This document shows positions 16,085 to 26,690 of a DNA stretch of 64,000 nt, piece by piece. Position 1 is the stretch's first letter. Each line of letters begins with the position of its first letter. The stretch comes from Bacteroidia bacterium (GTDB taxonomy: Bacteria; Bacteroidota; Bacteroidia; NS11-12g; UBA9320). The stretch lies in assembly GCA_965216465.1 (NCBI GenBank), contig CBDCFW010000001.1:160001-224000 (forward strand), written 5' to 3'. Position numbers and translations under genes: made by a program. Under the pieces are notes generated by a model. It saw only the letters and a list, made by a program, of their open reading frames with translations, had not been told where the DNA came from and did no database searches.

Positions 16085-17474
16085 AATAAAATTCGGAACC
16101 GACGGATGGAGGGCCATCATCGCAAAAGAATATACTACAGACAATGTTGCCCGAGTGGCATTCGCAACAGCTCAATGGATTAAACAGAAGTCGGATAACC
16201 ATACCGCTCTTGTTGGCTACGATTGTCGATTTGCAGGCAAGCTTTTTACGGAAACAACTATTTCTGTACTTATCAAAGAAGGAATTAAAGTGTATACATC
16301 TCATGGATTTGTTTCTACACCAATGGTTTCTTTGTCTACATTAAAGCATGATGCTTTTGCAGGAATTGTTATTACGGCTAGCCACAATCCACCATCTTAT
16401 AATGGCTTTAAAATCAAAGCTAATTATGGGGGGCCTGCAATCCAATCTGAGATTGATGCCATTGAAGCATTGATTCCTGATAGTTATTCGGTAGATATTC
16501 AATCGTTCGACAAACTCATTGAACACGAGCAAGTTGAAGTAATTGATATGGAGCAAGAATATATTGATCACGTCCACGCAAACTTTGATATCGACGCTAT
16601 TAAAAACAGTGGATTGAAATTTGGATACGATGCCATGTATGGAGCGGGTCAGAATGTAATCAGAAGACTGCTTCCCGATGCGTTTTTAATGCATGCTGAA
16701 TACAACCCAAGTTTTTTGGGCCAGGCTCCTGAACCTATTGCGAGAAACTTGCAGCCTTTTGCATCAGAAATCAAGCAAAAAGGCTTATCAAGCGGATTGG
16801 CCACAGATGGGGATGCAGATAGAATTGGACTATTTGATGAGAATGGAGACTTTGTTGACTCTCACCATATTATCCTTCTGCTAATTCGTTACCTCGTAGA
16901 GTTTAAAGGTGTTAAAGGAGGAGTTTATACCAGTTTTAGCTGCACTTCAAAAATTAAGAATTTGTGTGAGCATTATGGCTTAGATCACAATGTAACCAAG
17001 ATCGGGTTTAAGTACATCTGCAAAGAGATGATTGAGAACGAAAGTTTGCTCGGAGGTGAAGAAAGTGGCGGAATTGCGGTAAGCACTCACATCCCAGAAC
17101 GTGACGGAATTTGGATGGGTTTAATCCTTTGGGAATACATGGCAAAAACAGGCAAACTTCTCAGCGAACTGATTCAAGATGTGTATGATTTAATTGGTTC
17201 ATTTGCTATGGATAGATACGACCTGCATGTACCTGAAGATCAGAAATGGGCCATTATTGAGAAGTGTAAAAATAATGAGTACGGAAGCTTTGGTCAGTAT
17301 GAAGTAACCGGAACCGAAACGGTTGACGGATATAAATTCTTACTTGAGAACGACACTTGGGTTATGATTAGACCAAGTGGTACGGAGCCTCTTTTAAGAG
17401 TATACGGACAAGCCGCAAATGCTACGGATGTAATCGCAATTCTAGATGCTACTAAAGAGACTATATTGTCATAG
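16077..17474 (+). CDS. Phosphoglucomutase/phosphomannomutase family protein
   Basis: FGTDGWR, TASHNP, DGDADR, GGEESGG, RPSGTEP. Confidence 0.93.
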   Translation: MTRIKFGTDGWRAIIAKEYTTDNVARVAFATAQWIKQKSDNHTALVGYDCRFAGKLFTETTISVLIKEGIKVYTSHGFVSTPMVSLSTLKHDAFAGIVITASHNPPSYNGFKIKANYGGPAIQSEIDAIEALIPDSYSVDIQSFDKLIEHEQVEVIDMEQEYIDHVHANFDIDAIKNSGLKFGYDAMYGAGQNVIRRLLPDAFLMHAEYNPSFLGQAPEPIARNLQPFASEIKQKGLSSGLATDGDADRIGLFDENGDFVDSHHIILLLIRYLVEFKGVKGGVYTSFSCTSKIKNLCEHYGLDHNVTKIGFKYICKEMIENESLLGGEESGGIAVSTHIPERDGIWMGLILWEYMAKTGKLLSELIQDVYDLIGSFAMDRYDLHVPEDQKWAIIEKCKNNEYGSFGQYEVTGTETVDGYKFLLENDTWVMIRPSGTEPLLRVYGQAANATDVIAILDATKETILS

Positions 17475-18360
17475 TCTCACACTATTGTTTTTAGCACTGT
17501 GCTTTTCAAGCCAGGCACAAAACGATAGCATTAATTATAAACTTCGAAAGCAAATTGTAATTGGTGGAAATGCAATTGCTTACACTTCTACCATGGTGGG
17601 TCTATATCACCTTTGGTATAAAGACCATGACCTGGGGAAATTTCATTGGTTCAACGATAATGCTGAATGGAATCAGATGGATAAGGTAGGCCATACCTAT
17701 TCGTGTTACTATGAAGGTGTCGCTGGAATTGAGATGATGAAATGGGCTGGCTACAATCACAAACAAGCTTCTTGGATAGGTGGTTCGTATGGTTTCTTCA
17801 TACAATCTGGGGTTGAAATTTTTGATGGATTCTCTAATGGTTGGGGAGCTAGTTATGGAGACATAATAGCCAATACAGTAGGAAGTGGAATGGCTATCTC
17901 TCAAAGTCTATTGTGGGACGAACAACGCATAACGATGAAGTATTCTTACTCCCGTTCTCCTTATGATAAAATTCGCCCAAACGTACTCGGTAATAATCTC
18001 CCAGAACGTATGCTTAAAGACTACAATGCTCAAACTTATTGGTTGAGCACTAACATAAAAGCATTTGCTCCAGAATCAAAATGGCCAGATTGGTTATGCA
18101 TTGCAGTTGGTTATGGAGCGGACGGTATGATAGGCGGTCATGACAATGTTTTTGATCGCGATTGGGTCGTTTACGACTATTCTCACATCCCACGTGCGAG
18201 GCAATTTTACCTTGCACCTGATATCGACCTAACCAAAATAAAGACGGATAGCAAGCTCTTAAAAGGAGTTCTAATCGTTGCTAATTCTATCAAATTTCCT
18301 TTGCCAGCTCTTGAATATCATTCTAAAAATGGATTTAGAGGTCATATTATTATGTTCTAA
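17446..18360 (+). CDS. DUF2279/YfiM family protein
   Basis: FHWFND..W.QMDK.GH, EIFDGFS..WGAS.GD, KDYN.QTYWLS. Confidence 0.85.
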   Translation: MLLKRLYCHSLTLLFLALCFSSQAQNDSINYKLRKQIVIGGNAIAYTSTMVGLYHLWYKDHDLGKFHWFNDNAEWNQMDKVGHTYSCYYEGVAGIEMMKWAGYNHKQASWIGGSYGFFIQSGVEIFDGFSNGWGASYGDIIANTVGSGMAISQSLLWDEQRITMKYSYSRSPYDKIRPNVLGNNLPERMLKDYNAQTYWLSTNIKAFAPESKWPDWLCIAVGYGADGMIGGHDNVFDRDWVVYDYSHIPRARQFYLAPDIDLTKIKTDSKLLKGVLIVANSIKFPLPALEYHSKNGFRGHIIMF

Positions 18361-18377
18361 TTCGTAAATTTGGCCAT

Positions 18378-18971
18378 ATGAAAATGGCTAAAAGTGTTGA
18401 AGAGTATTTGAGTTTTCACCCTGAGTGGGCCGATTCTCTACAAATCTTGCGAAAAGTAGTTTCAAACCTCGGTATGGAAGAGGAAATGAAATGGGGGGCC
18501 CCACATTATACAGTTAATAAAAAGAATGTTGTCGGTTTAGGAGCCTTCAAATCGTATGTCGGCTTGTGGTTTCATCAAGGTGTATTCTTAAAAGACGAGG
18601 CTAAGGTATTGATTAATGCTCAAGAGGGTACAACCAAAGCACTTCGTCAATGGCGATTCAATTCTCCAACAGAAATTGATGAAGATCTTGTCAAGACCTA
18701 TGTCTTGGAAGCCATAGAAAATCAAAAGGCGGGAAAGATGATTAAACCAGAACGTCAGAAAACCTATGACATGCCAGACGAGCTCAAGCATGCCTTGAAG
18801 ACTAATGATGATCTAGCTCAGCACTTCTTTCAACTGACTTTTGGAAAACAAAAAGAATATGCCAATCACATCTCGAGTGCAAAACAAGAAGCAACTCGGC
18901 TTAAAAGATTGGATAAAATTACCCCGATGATCTTGTCAGGAATTGGTTTAAACGATAAATACCGAAAGTGA
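18378..18971 (+). CDS. YdeI/OmpD-associated (DUF1801) protein
   Basis: KWGAPHY, WFHQGVFLKD, LTFGKQKEY, AKQEATR; TAAATTTG promoter at 18365-18372. Confidence 0.88.
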   Translation: MKMAKSVEEYLSFHPEWADSLQILRKVVSNLGMEEEMKWGAPHYTVNKKNVVGLGAFKSYVGLWFHQGVFLKDEAKVLINAQEGTTKALRQWRFNSPTEIDEDLVKTYVLEAIENQKAGKMIKPERQKTYDMPDELKHALKTNDDLAQHFFQLTFGKQKEYANHISSAKQEATRLKRLDKITPMILSGIGLNDKYRK

Positions 18972-19258
18972 GCAGTGGAGGACACATGTCGCTGATGCAA
19001 AGCATGTTGCGTAACAATGGCTTAGTAGGCAGAAAGCATACTTATTTTGACAACAAGAACCTGTATGTAGGATTAGCAGATAAACAATACCATAAAAGAT
19101 TTAAGCAGCTAACACCAGCTGAAAAAGAAGAAATTCGTTTACTGATTAAGAAAAGAAGAGAGCGGGAAGGAATTCGAAACCTGATACTATTATTTGTTGC
19201 TCTTGGAATAACAGGATGGTTGTTTTGGTATGGCTTTCAAATGTTAGAGTCTGCGTAA
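18968..19258 (+). CDS. Small hypothetical membrane protein
   Basis: GTG start overlapping the upstream stop; basic N-region and one C-terminal TM helix. Confidence 0.6.
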   Translation: MSSGGHMSLMQSMLRNNGLVGRKHTYFDNKNLYVGLADKQYHKRFKQLTPAEKEEIRLLIKKRREREGIRNLILLFVALGITGWLFWYGFQMLESA

Positions 19259-20116
19259 TTCGCCACTATGCTCCCTCCTATCATCGAAAATCATTTCTTT
19301 CTTACGCCACGAGCCCTTTTCAAATTCTAAGAAGTCGTATGTTCCATCGGGCACGTAGTTCTCATATCTGCCTTCCAACGCCGGGTTTATGGGTACCAGA
19401 TTGGCATATACAATGGCCTCTTCGTCAGGATCATACCTACAAATCATAGCTGCCTTATCAGCAAAATCAAATATGATGCGTGATTGCATGTCTCCATCGT
19501 AGTTAAAGATTTCTTTACCGAAGTGAGGTTTATCCTCTTCATCGAACCAAAGTACTTCGATAATCTTGCGGTTCGTTCGAGAATCTTGACCATCCCAGCC
19601 AAAAAGCAGGTAGTGATCTTCGCGTTTCCAGCGGTAATGGTGTACTTGGTAATACAGGGCCCCCATCCAATGTTTATGGTCAAACTCGCCATAAATGACA
19701 TCTCTGTTGTAGTCTGAACTATCGTAAAGGCCATACAACACCAAGCTGTCGGCGTTATTCATTTGGATAGCCCCGAAGTACATGTACTTGCCCGAATCGA
19801 GGAGAAGATTCCAGGTGAATATTCTAAACTTATTGTCGTCGGGTCTAAGAGCAGACACCGTTCTGAGTGAAGTAAAGTCATAGTAAAAGGACTGAGGTAC
19901 CTGCAATGCTTCTTTCAACGTTTGGATAAAATAATAACAGCTTGTTATTCTTTCCTGCTTGTCTTCAGCATTGATAATGTTGTAACTCAGTCCTTCTAAC
20001 TGATACTCATAATTTCGAATTGAGTCGAAATTAACCGAGTCTATTACAGCTTTTTTGCTGCGCTGGGCAAAGCTCAAGCTCGAAATAAAAATCAATATCC
20101 AAGTTACAAACCTCAT
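19244..20116 (-). CDS. Conserved Bacteroidota hypothetical exported protein
   Basis: Signal peptide; FRIFTWN, WMGALYY, YLLFGWD, YVPDGTYD motifs. Confidence 0.75.
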   Translation of the reverse strand: MRFVTWILIFISSLSFAQRSKKAVIDSVNFDSIRNYEYQLEGLSYNIINAEDKQERITSCYYFIQTLKEALQVPQSFYYDFTSLRTVSALRPDDNKFRIFTWNLLLDSGKYMYFGAIQMNNADSLVLYGLYDSSDYNRDVIYGEFDHKHWMGALYYQVHHYRWKREDHYLLFGWDGQDSRTNRKIIEVLWFDEEDKPHFGKEIFNYDGDMQSRIIFDFADKAAMICRYDPDEEAIVYANLVPINPALEGRYENYVPDGTYDFLEFEKGSWRKKEMIFDDRREHSGELRRL

Positions 20117-20165
20117 CGTATACTATAACTTAGAATTATCAATTTTCGTGCCCAAACAGATTAAA

Positions 20166-21344
20166 TTAGATGTTGCGGATAACCATAGCACTGGCTCCAC
20201 CCCCACCGTTACAAATACCAGCAGCACCAATTTTACCGCCGTTTTGTTTCAATACGTTGATAAGTGTAACCAAGATTCTTGCTCCCGATGCTCCAAGTGG
20301 ATGACCAAGGGCAACTGCACCACCATTCACATTAACTTTTGCTGGGTCTAGGTTTAATAGCTTGTTATTTACAAGGGCAACAACTGAAAATGCTTCGTTT
20401 AACTCAAATGCATCAACATCATCAATTGAGCAGCCTGCTCTTTCAAGTGCTATAGGAACTGCCTTTGCTGGTGCCGTAGTGAAGTACTCAGGTTCATGTG
20501 CTGCGTCAGCAAACGAAACAACTTCTGCAATTGGAGTTAATCCCAATTCTTTTACTTTGTCTTCGCTAGCTAAAATGATACAAGCTGCTCCGTCGTTAAT
20601 TGTAGACGCATTTGCAGCAGTTACCGTACCATCTTTTTCAAAAACTGGTCTCAAACTCGGAATTTTCTCAAATTTCACATTTCTGAATTCCTCATCTTCG
20701 TTCATTACAATAGGATCTCCTCTTCTTTGTGGAATCTCAACAGGAACAATCTCATCCTTAAATTTCCCAGCCTCAGAAGAAGCAGCAGATTTTTTGTATG
20801 AATTGATTGCAAATTCGTCTTGTTCTTCACGTGAGATGTCATAATCTTTGGCTGTTTTATCAGCTGCATTACCCATCATGTATTCGTTATAAACGTCGCG
20901 TAATCCGTCGTACGCTAAACCGTCAACAGCTGTGAAGTTTCCGTATTTATATCCTCCTCGAGAGTTAGGAAGGTAGTGAGGAACCTGGCTCATGTTTTCC
21001 ATTCCTCCGGTAACTACAATATCGTTGTGTCCTAGCATGATTGAAGAAGCCCCTAAAGCAACGGTCTTCATTCCACTTGCACATACTTTATTTACTGTGG
21101 TACATGGTGTTGTATTCGGAAGACCTGCATAAATCGCTGCCTGTCGAGCTGGAGCTTGTCCTAAGCCCGCTTGCAAAACATTTCCGAAGAAAACCTCGTC
21201 TACTTGATCAGGTTGAACACCTGCTTTTTCTAAAGCTCCTTTAATCGCAACCGATCCAAGTTTTGGAGCCGATATTCCGCTTAGTTTGCCATTAAAACTT
21301 CCCATTGGTGTTCTAACTGCAGCAACAATATATACTGATTTCAT
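20166..21344 (-). CDS. atoB: Acetyl-CoA C-acetyltransferase (thiolase)
   Basis: NKVCASGMK, NEAFS, GHPLGASG, CNGGGG; TATCTTTG promoter at 21350-21357. Confidence 0.93.
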   Translation of the reverse strand: MKSVYIVAAVRTPMGSFNGKLSGISAPKLGSVAIKGALEKAGVQPDQVDEVFFGNVLQAGLGQAPARQAAIYAGLPNTTPCTTVNKVCASGMKTVALGASSIMLGHNDIVVTGGMENMSQVPHYLPNSRGGYKYGNFTAVDGLAYDGLRDVYNEYMMGNAADKTAKDYDISREEQDEFAINSYKKSAASSEAGKFKDEIVPVEIPQRRGDPIVMNEDEEFRNVKFEKIPSLRPVFEKDGTVTAANASTINDGAACIILASEDKVKELGLTPIAEVVSFADAAHEPEYFTTAPAKAVPIALERAGCSIDDVDAFELNEAFSVVALVNNKLLNLDPAKVNVNGGAVALGHPLGASGARILVTLINVLKQNGGKIGAAGICNGGGGASAMVIRNI

Positions 21345-21515
21345 TGGTGCAAAGATAGTGCATTATAAACACAATTCTTGTGTAGCTAAACGTCAGAGCT
21401 ATCTACATAATACCAACTCTTTTTAATTAATAAAAATGACTAACAATTCGAACCGATGTAAGATATATGTCATTGTTTACTAACGGTTTGCTTACCTATT
21501 TTATCAAAATTAGAT

Positions 21516-23114
21516 TTGACGCGACTGATGAATTCTCGCTCTAACCCCGCTAAGTATAAAAACCTTTTGGTCACTCTCTTCTTTTTAGTTTATGCCATCG
21601 TTATGCTGGTCATGAATCTTAAAGTACCAATTGGTGGAGATGAACCATTCTCAATTTTCTATGCCCAAAGAAGTACTTTAGAGATAATTAACGCTCTTAA
21701 GTACGGAAATAACCCTCCTCTTTTTGAAATAATACTGCACTTTTGGATTCATCTATTTGGCACGTCTACCCTTGCTGTTAAAGCACTTCCTGTTTTATTC
21801 AATACGCTCACCTCCTTTTTTATATATCGACTAATACTGACGAAGTTCAACACTCTAATGGCCCTTATGGGTGCTGTTTTGCTAGCCGTAAGTAACCTTA
21901 ATTTTGGGTTTTTGTTGGATGTAAGAGCCTACTCACTCCTTGCATGGTTAACTACCATGTTGATTTTCTTTATTGTCACTAAGAAGCTAGATTCTCTTCG
22001 ATCTATGCTCCCAATAGTCTTGGTCTCGATAGTAATGATTTACACCCATTACTTCGGTATTCTTATCGTGTTCACCTTAGGTGCAGTGGTTGCCCTGAAT
22101 GCGGCTACCAAGAAAACATATAGTTTAAAAGTAATTGGTGTCGGATACCTCATAATTTTGGCATCGCTAGCTCCTATTGTACCTCTTCTTTTTATGCAAG
22201 CCCACTATGCAGTTTCAAATGGGAACTGGTTGCAGCCGATCCAAAATGTAGGAAACCTACATGATTCATTTCTACATTTTCTCAATGGAAGTAGATTATT
22301 GTACCTGATTGGCCTTGTTTGCCTGTATACAGCGTTAAGCAAAAGAAATAGGACTAAGTTAAAAAAGGCTTCTATTTTAGTACTGTTCGCACTCCTTGCT
22401 GTTAGTTCTTCAGTTCACTTTAATCTACCATTTATTTGGAAACTAACCAGTCAGTTGTGGTTTAATGCCCTATTCCTTATAACTCTTCTTTTTTTCACAA
22501 TTCGGGCAATGTATAAATCAAGAACCGACATTTATCTTCTATCCATTATTTCCGTTGGATTCTTGCTTCCATTGCTCATCTATATTCTAAGTCTATGGAT
22601 ACCGCTTTATACCGAAAAATACATCTCATTTGCCTTTCCTTGCCTAGCCATCATCATTCTTGGTAGCATTATTGAACTGTTTGCTGTTTGGCGATCTCGT
22701 TACGTTTTAACCGGGTGTTTTATCATAATTATGGTTCTCGGATTTGATACTAATGCATTCAAGCAGACAAATATTGTAGAAGTTACGGACGACGTCAAAT
22801 CTTGGAAAACAGATGATGAATGCATTGTAATTACTCCTTACTATTGTGACAAGGTATTTTTATATCACTACAATAAAGCAATATTCAACAATTATCAGAA
22901 CTATAGTGATGAGCTGGTTAATAACTCGATATTCAAAGTAAATTCAGTTGATCAAATAGCTCTAGAGTTGTCTAAAAAAAACTATCTCATATTGGTTAAG
23001 AAATTCTGCGGCGAAACCCATACGGCCGAATCGAATCTATTGAAGCACTTTCATTTGGTTAAAGAAAAGAAATATGAAGACCAAACCGTTATTGAGTATT
23101 ACAGCCGAAATTAA
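21516..23114 (+). CDS. GT-C fold membrane glycosyltransferase (GT39/ArnT-like)
   Basis: DE motif after TM1, NPPLF, VRAYSL, YTHYFG, many TM helices. Confidence 0.8.
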   Translation: MTRLMNSRSNPAKYKNLLVTLFFLVYAIVMLVMNLKVPIGGDEPFSIFYAQRSTLEIINALKYGNNPPLFEIILHFWIHLFGTSTLAVKALPVLFNTLTSFFIYRLILTKFNTLMALMGAVLLAVSNLNFGFLLDVRAYSLLAWLTTMLIFFIVTKKLDSLRSMLPIVLVSIVMIYTHYFGILIVFTLGAVVALNAATKKTYSLKVIGVGYLIILASLAPIVPLLFMQAHYAVSNGNWLQPIQNVGNLHDSFLHFLNGSRLLYLIGLVCLYTALSKRNRTKLKKASILVLFALLAVSSSVHFNLPFIWKLTSQLWFNALFLITLLFFTIRAMYKSRTDIYLLSIISVGFLLPLLIYILSLWIPLYTEKYISFAFPCLAIIILGSIIELFAVWRSRYVLTGCFIIIMVLGFDTNAFKQTNIVEVTDDVKSWKTDDECIVITPYYCDKVFLYHYNKAIFNNYQNYSDELVNNSIFKVNSVDQIALELSKKNYLILVKKFCGETHTAESNLLKHFHLVKEKKYEDQTVIEYYSRN

Positions 23115-24352
23115 TTCAATTGCTGTCTGAAGCCAATTCTCAAGCCACTGGCATATTGATTTTGATTCACTGGATAAGGCTGTTTGAACGTTGAGTTGAT
23201 GTTCGATTTAAAGTGCGGGTTGATGAACATTTCCAATCGATTTCCAACAAACTGTGAAACGGTAAACCCTGCAGAAACCCCCATTCCGTACATTCTAAAT
23301 ATTTCTTCCTTAGAAGTAATCCAGTAGTAATAGTCGGTGTCGAAGTCATAAACTAATGCGTTTACATTGTCTAGCTTTTGAAAATGAACCCCAGCATTAA
23401 ACGAAACTTTCGATTTGTCAAACACAAAGGCATCGTAACTCAAATTTAATGGTACCTCCACATAAGAATATCGGTTTGAATATGGAATATTGTTTTCAGG
23501 AGATTCAGTCTTATAAACCTCATACATTGGATCTTGGCCTAGAAAATTAGATCTGTTGTAGTTTAGGTTTTGTTTATCCACCCCACAGATTTGAATCTGT
23601 TCACCGTATTGAGCATAATGAATACCCGAGTTCAAAGTTAGTTTAGGCGTAATTCTTCTTCCAATATCTATTCCAACAGTGTAAGAAGTAATCGCTTTAT
23701 CGCTAATGTTTCTTTGTTCTTCAGTTAAACCGTATACATAACGGTAGTTTCCAACTACCTTAACACCGTTTACATTGGTCGGATCGTAACCAAAGCTTCT
23801 ATAACTCAAGGTCGGAGCAAAACTGATTCCGATAGACCATTTCCCGGTATGCGGTGTAAGGTTTGGATTAATTAAGTATTCGTTCTCTAACCTACTGAAA
23901 TACTTAGCCAAAACCGGGTTGTTAATTTGAAATGACAAATCAACATCAGAAATATTCTCTAAACTTCTAAAATCTTCAAAACGAGGCAAAGTTTGAAACT
24001 GTGTTTGATCCGGTTCAATAATCACCGCAGGACGAGTTCGTACCTCTTCGAACGAATTCTTCTTAATAGGAGAAAATAATGTCAGCTCTGGAATATCTTC
24101 GGTATAGCGTGGTGTGTAGTCAAATACAATATCAGACTCTTTGATGGGTTCGTCTACAACAACTTCTTCTTTGCTCTCCCAGAGTTTTCCAATTTCGAAG
24201 TTTAATTCTTTGAACGATTTTCCTGTAATCAGGCTATAGGTTTGAAACCCAAGTAGACCCAAACCAGCAACAACCAATGGTGTAACAACGATGGTTGCCA
24301 TCGAAGCCTTACCTAGGAGTGCTTTCTTTATATTTTGAAGTTGGTAGCCCAC
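23111..24352 (-). CDS. Outer-membrane beta-barrel domain protein
   Basis: N-terminal TM anchor; C-terminal strands WSIGISFAP, YVEVPLNLSY, SGLRIGF; TATTTTTG promoter at 24361-24368. Confidence 0.7.
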   Translation of the reverse strand: MGYQLQNIKKALLGKASMATIVVTPLVVAGLGLLGFQTYSLITGKSFKELNFEIGKLWESKEEVVVDEPIKESDIVFDYTPRYTEDIPELTLFSPIKKNSFEEVRTRPAVIIEPDQTQFQTLPRFEDFRSLENISDVDLSFQINNPVLAKYFSRLENEYLINPNLTPHTGKWSIGISFAPTLSYRSFGYDPTNVNGVKVVGNYRYVYGLTEEQRNISDKAITSYTVGIDIGRRITPKLTLNSGIHYAQYGEQIQICGVDKQNLNYNRSNFLGQDPMYEVYKTESPENNIPYSNRYSYVEVPLNLSYDAFVFDKSKVSFNAGVHFQKLDNVNALVYDFDTDYYYWITSKEEIFRMYGMGVSAGFTVSQFVGNRLEMFINPHFKSNINSTFKQPYPVNQNQYASGLRIGFRQQLN

Positions 24353-24488
24353 TATTTTAGCAAAAATAACTTTTCAAAGAAGTTAAGAGTCAACATTTTA
24401 ACGTGTTTGACCGAAATATGAGATAATGATTGATTTTATAAAATTTAGATAGCGCTACACAATAACGCAAAAGTGCTTCATTTTCGTG

Positions 24489-25115
24489 CTATGGTTGAAG
24501 CCTTACCAACTCCCAACTACCCTCATTTAGCCTATATAACAGTCTGTCGTGCAGCCGGTTAGCCCTACCCTGCCAAAATTCAATTTCGTATGCTTGAACA
24601 GCATATCCTCCCCAATGATCGGGCCTTGAAACTGATTTATCGTCATAGTACTCAATTTTGGCCTTCAACTTAGCTTCTAACGCTTCTCTAGACTCAATTT
24701 CTTCACTTTGGTTAGAAGCCCATGCTCCTATTCTACTTTCAACAGGACGTGAATCGTAGTATTCATCAGATTCAGAAGAGTCAATTTTGGTGGCGCTACC
24801 TCGTACAATTACTTGTCTCTCCATCGGTAACCAAAGGAATAATAAAGAGCAATATGGGTTTTCAGCTAGTTGCTGGCCTTTGTTACTCTTATAATTGGTA
24901 AAAAAGACAAATTCTTCATCACGTATGCCTTTTAACAGCACTGTTCTGCTGTCTACCCTGTTATTAAGCGAGGTAGAAAGCGTCATGGCATTTGGTTCTA
25001 AAACGTTGTTTTCTTGTGCCTGATCAAACCACAACTGAAACATTTCAAACGGGTTGCTTAAGGCTTCCTCTTCGAGGAGTTGAGACTTGGTATAGTTTCT
25101 ACGTAAGTCTTTCAT
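24489..25115 (-). CDS. pdxH: Pyridoxamine 5'-phosphate oxidase
   Basis: RTVLLK, FFTNYKSNKG, EFWQGRANRLHDR. Confidence 0.95.
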   Translation of the reverse strand: MKDLRRNYTKSQLLEEEALSNPFEMFQLWFDQAQENNVLEPNAMTLSTSLNNRVDSRTVLLKGIRDEEFVFFTNYKSNKGQQLAENPYCSLLFLWLPMERQVIVRGSATKIDSSESDEYYDSRPVESRIGAWASNQSEEIESREALEAKLKAKIEYYDDKSVSRPDHWGGYAVQAYEIEFWQGRANRLHDRLLYRLNEGSWELVRLQP

Positions 25116-26443
25116 TATCTTCTAAATGGAGTTCTTCCACCTAAGCTACGCATACCCTTTCCGCTATTCATGGCCTTCATCATCTTACGCATTTCATCGA
25201 ATTGCTTAACCAATTTATTTACTTCGGCAGTGCTTGTACCACTACCTTTTGCGATACGTTTTTTACGACTTCCGTCTAATACTTGAGGATTTTGACGCTC
25301 ATGAGTAGTCATACTTTGAATAATGGCCTCAATACCTTTAAAGCTATCATCATCAATATCAATGTCTTTTATGGCTTTTCCAACCCCAGGAATCATGCCC
25401 ATAAGGTCTTTAATGTTACCCATTTTCTTGATCTGGTTAAGCTGCTTTAAGAAATCGTCGAAATCAAATTGATTCTTACGCATTTTCTTTTGCAGTCGAG
25501 CTGCCTCTTCTTGGTCGAAGTTTTCTTGGGCTTTTTCAACAAACGACACGATGTCTCCCATTCCCAAGATACGATTTGCCATACGGTCTGGGTGGAATAC
25601 ATCAAGAGCATCCATTTTTTCACCCGTACTTACAAACTTGATCGGTTTGTTAACTACGGTTTTAATCGATATTGCCGCACCACCTCGAGTATCACCGTCA
25701 AGTTTTGTTAAGACAACACCATTAAAGTCTAGCTTGTCGTTAAAGGCCTTGGCCGTATTAACAGCATCCTGACCCGTCATCGAATCCACAACAAACAAGA
25801 TTTCCTGAGGCTTTAATTGGTCCTTCAGGTTGCCAATCTCGTTCATCATTTCCTGATCAACACTTAATCGACCAGCGGTATCGACAATTACCACATTGTT
25901 TTGGTGGGCTTTTGCATGCTTTATCGCATTTTGAGCAATGGCTACAGGGTTTTTAACATCATCTTCAGCGTAAACGCTTACACCAACTTGCTCACCTAAT
26001 ACCTTGATTTGGTTAATAGCTGCGGGACGATACACGTCGCAGGCAACCAGCAAAGGATTTCTTCCCTTCGATTTCAGGTGATTCGCAAGTTTTCCAGAAA
26101 AAGTAGTTTTACCAGAACCTTGAAGACCCGCAATTAAAATTACTGCAGGACTTCCTGTTAGGTTTATTGGTTTTGTTTCACCTCCTAAAAGCTCTTTTAA
26201 TTCATCGTTAACAATCTTGGTCATCATTTGACCAGGAGAAACGCTGGTTAGCACGTTCTGACCCAAAGCTTCTTCTTTCACTTTGTTCGTGAAATCTTTG
26301 GCAATCTTATAACTCACATCGGCATCAACTAAAGCTCGTCTAATCTCCTTAACTGTTTCTGCGATATTTAATTCTGTAAGCGATGAATGCCCTTTAAGCG
26401 TCTTAAAGGCACGGTCTAATCTGGATGATAAATTTTCGAACAT
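25115..26443 (-). CDS. ffh: Signal recognition particle protein
   Basis: GLQGSGKTT, DTAGR, TKLDGDTRGG, M domain. Confidence 0.97.
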   Translation of the reverse strand: MFENLSSRLDRAFKTLKGHSSLTELNIAETVKEIRRALVDADVSYKIAKDFTNKVKEEALGQNVLTSVSPGQMMTKIVNDELKELLGGETKPINLTGSPAVILIAGLQGSGKTTFSGKLANHLKSKGRNPLLVACDVYRPAAINQIKVLGEQVGVSVYAEDDVKNPVAIAQNAIKHAKAHQNNVVIVDTAGRLSVDQEMMNEIGNLKDQLKPQEILFVVDSMTGQDAVNTAKAFNDKLDFNGVVLTKLDGDTRGGAAISIKTVVNKPIKFVSTGEKMDALDVFHPDRMANRILGMGDIVSFVEKAQENFDQEEAARLQKKMRKNQFDFDDFLKQLNQIKKMGNIKDLMGMIPGVGKAIKDIDIDDDSFKGIEAIIQSMTTHERQNPQVLDGSRKKRIAKGSGTSTAEVNKLVKQFDEMRKMMKAMNSGKGMRSLGGRTPFRR

Positions 26444-26690
26444 TTTGTATAAAAATGGGCTGCGAATTTATTTAAAAAAAAGGCCACCAAAAAACTTTGG
26501 ATGCCTTATTATCGTTTTTAGCGATTCAACGCATTTAAGTTGCTCTTTTTAAGCGGAATTACGTCAATTCTTACGCACGATGTTTTCAATCAATTTTTCT
26601 AAGAATTCTGCATCCCAGAATACCTTCGTCCCAAATTGATTGAAATTATGTTTAAACGTAGGCAGTATTTGCATATTTTCGCCCTCCCAT

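Noticed and set aside
26480-26507. Hairpin upstream of ffh as SRP RNA
   Set aside because: It lacks the conserved SRP domain IV motif and is only a short imperfect stem.
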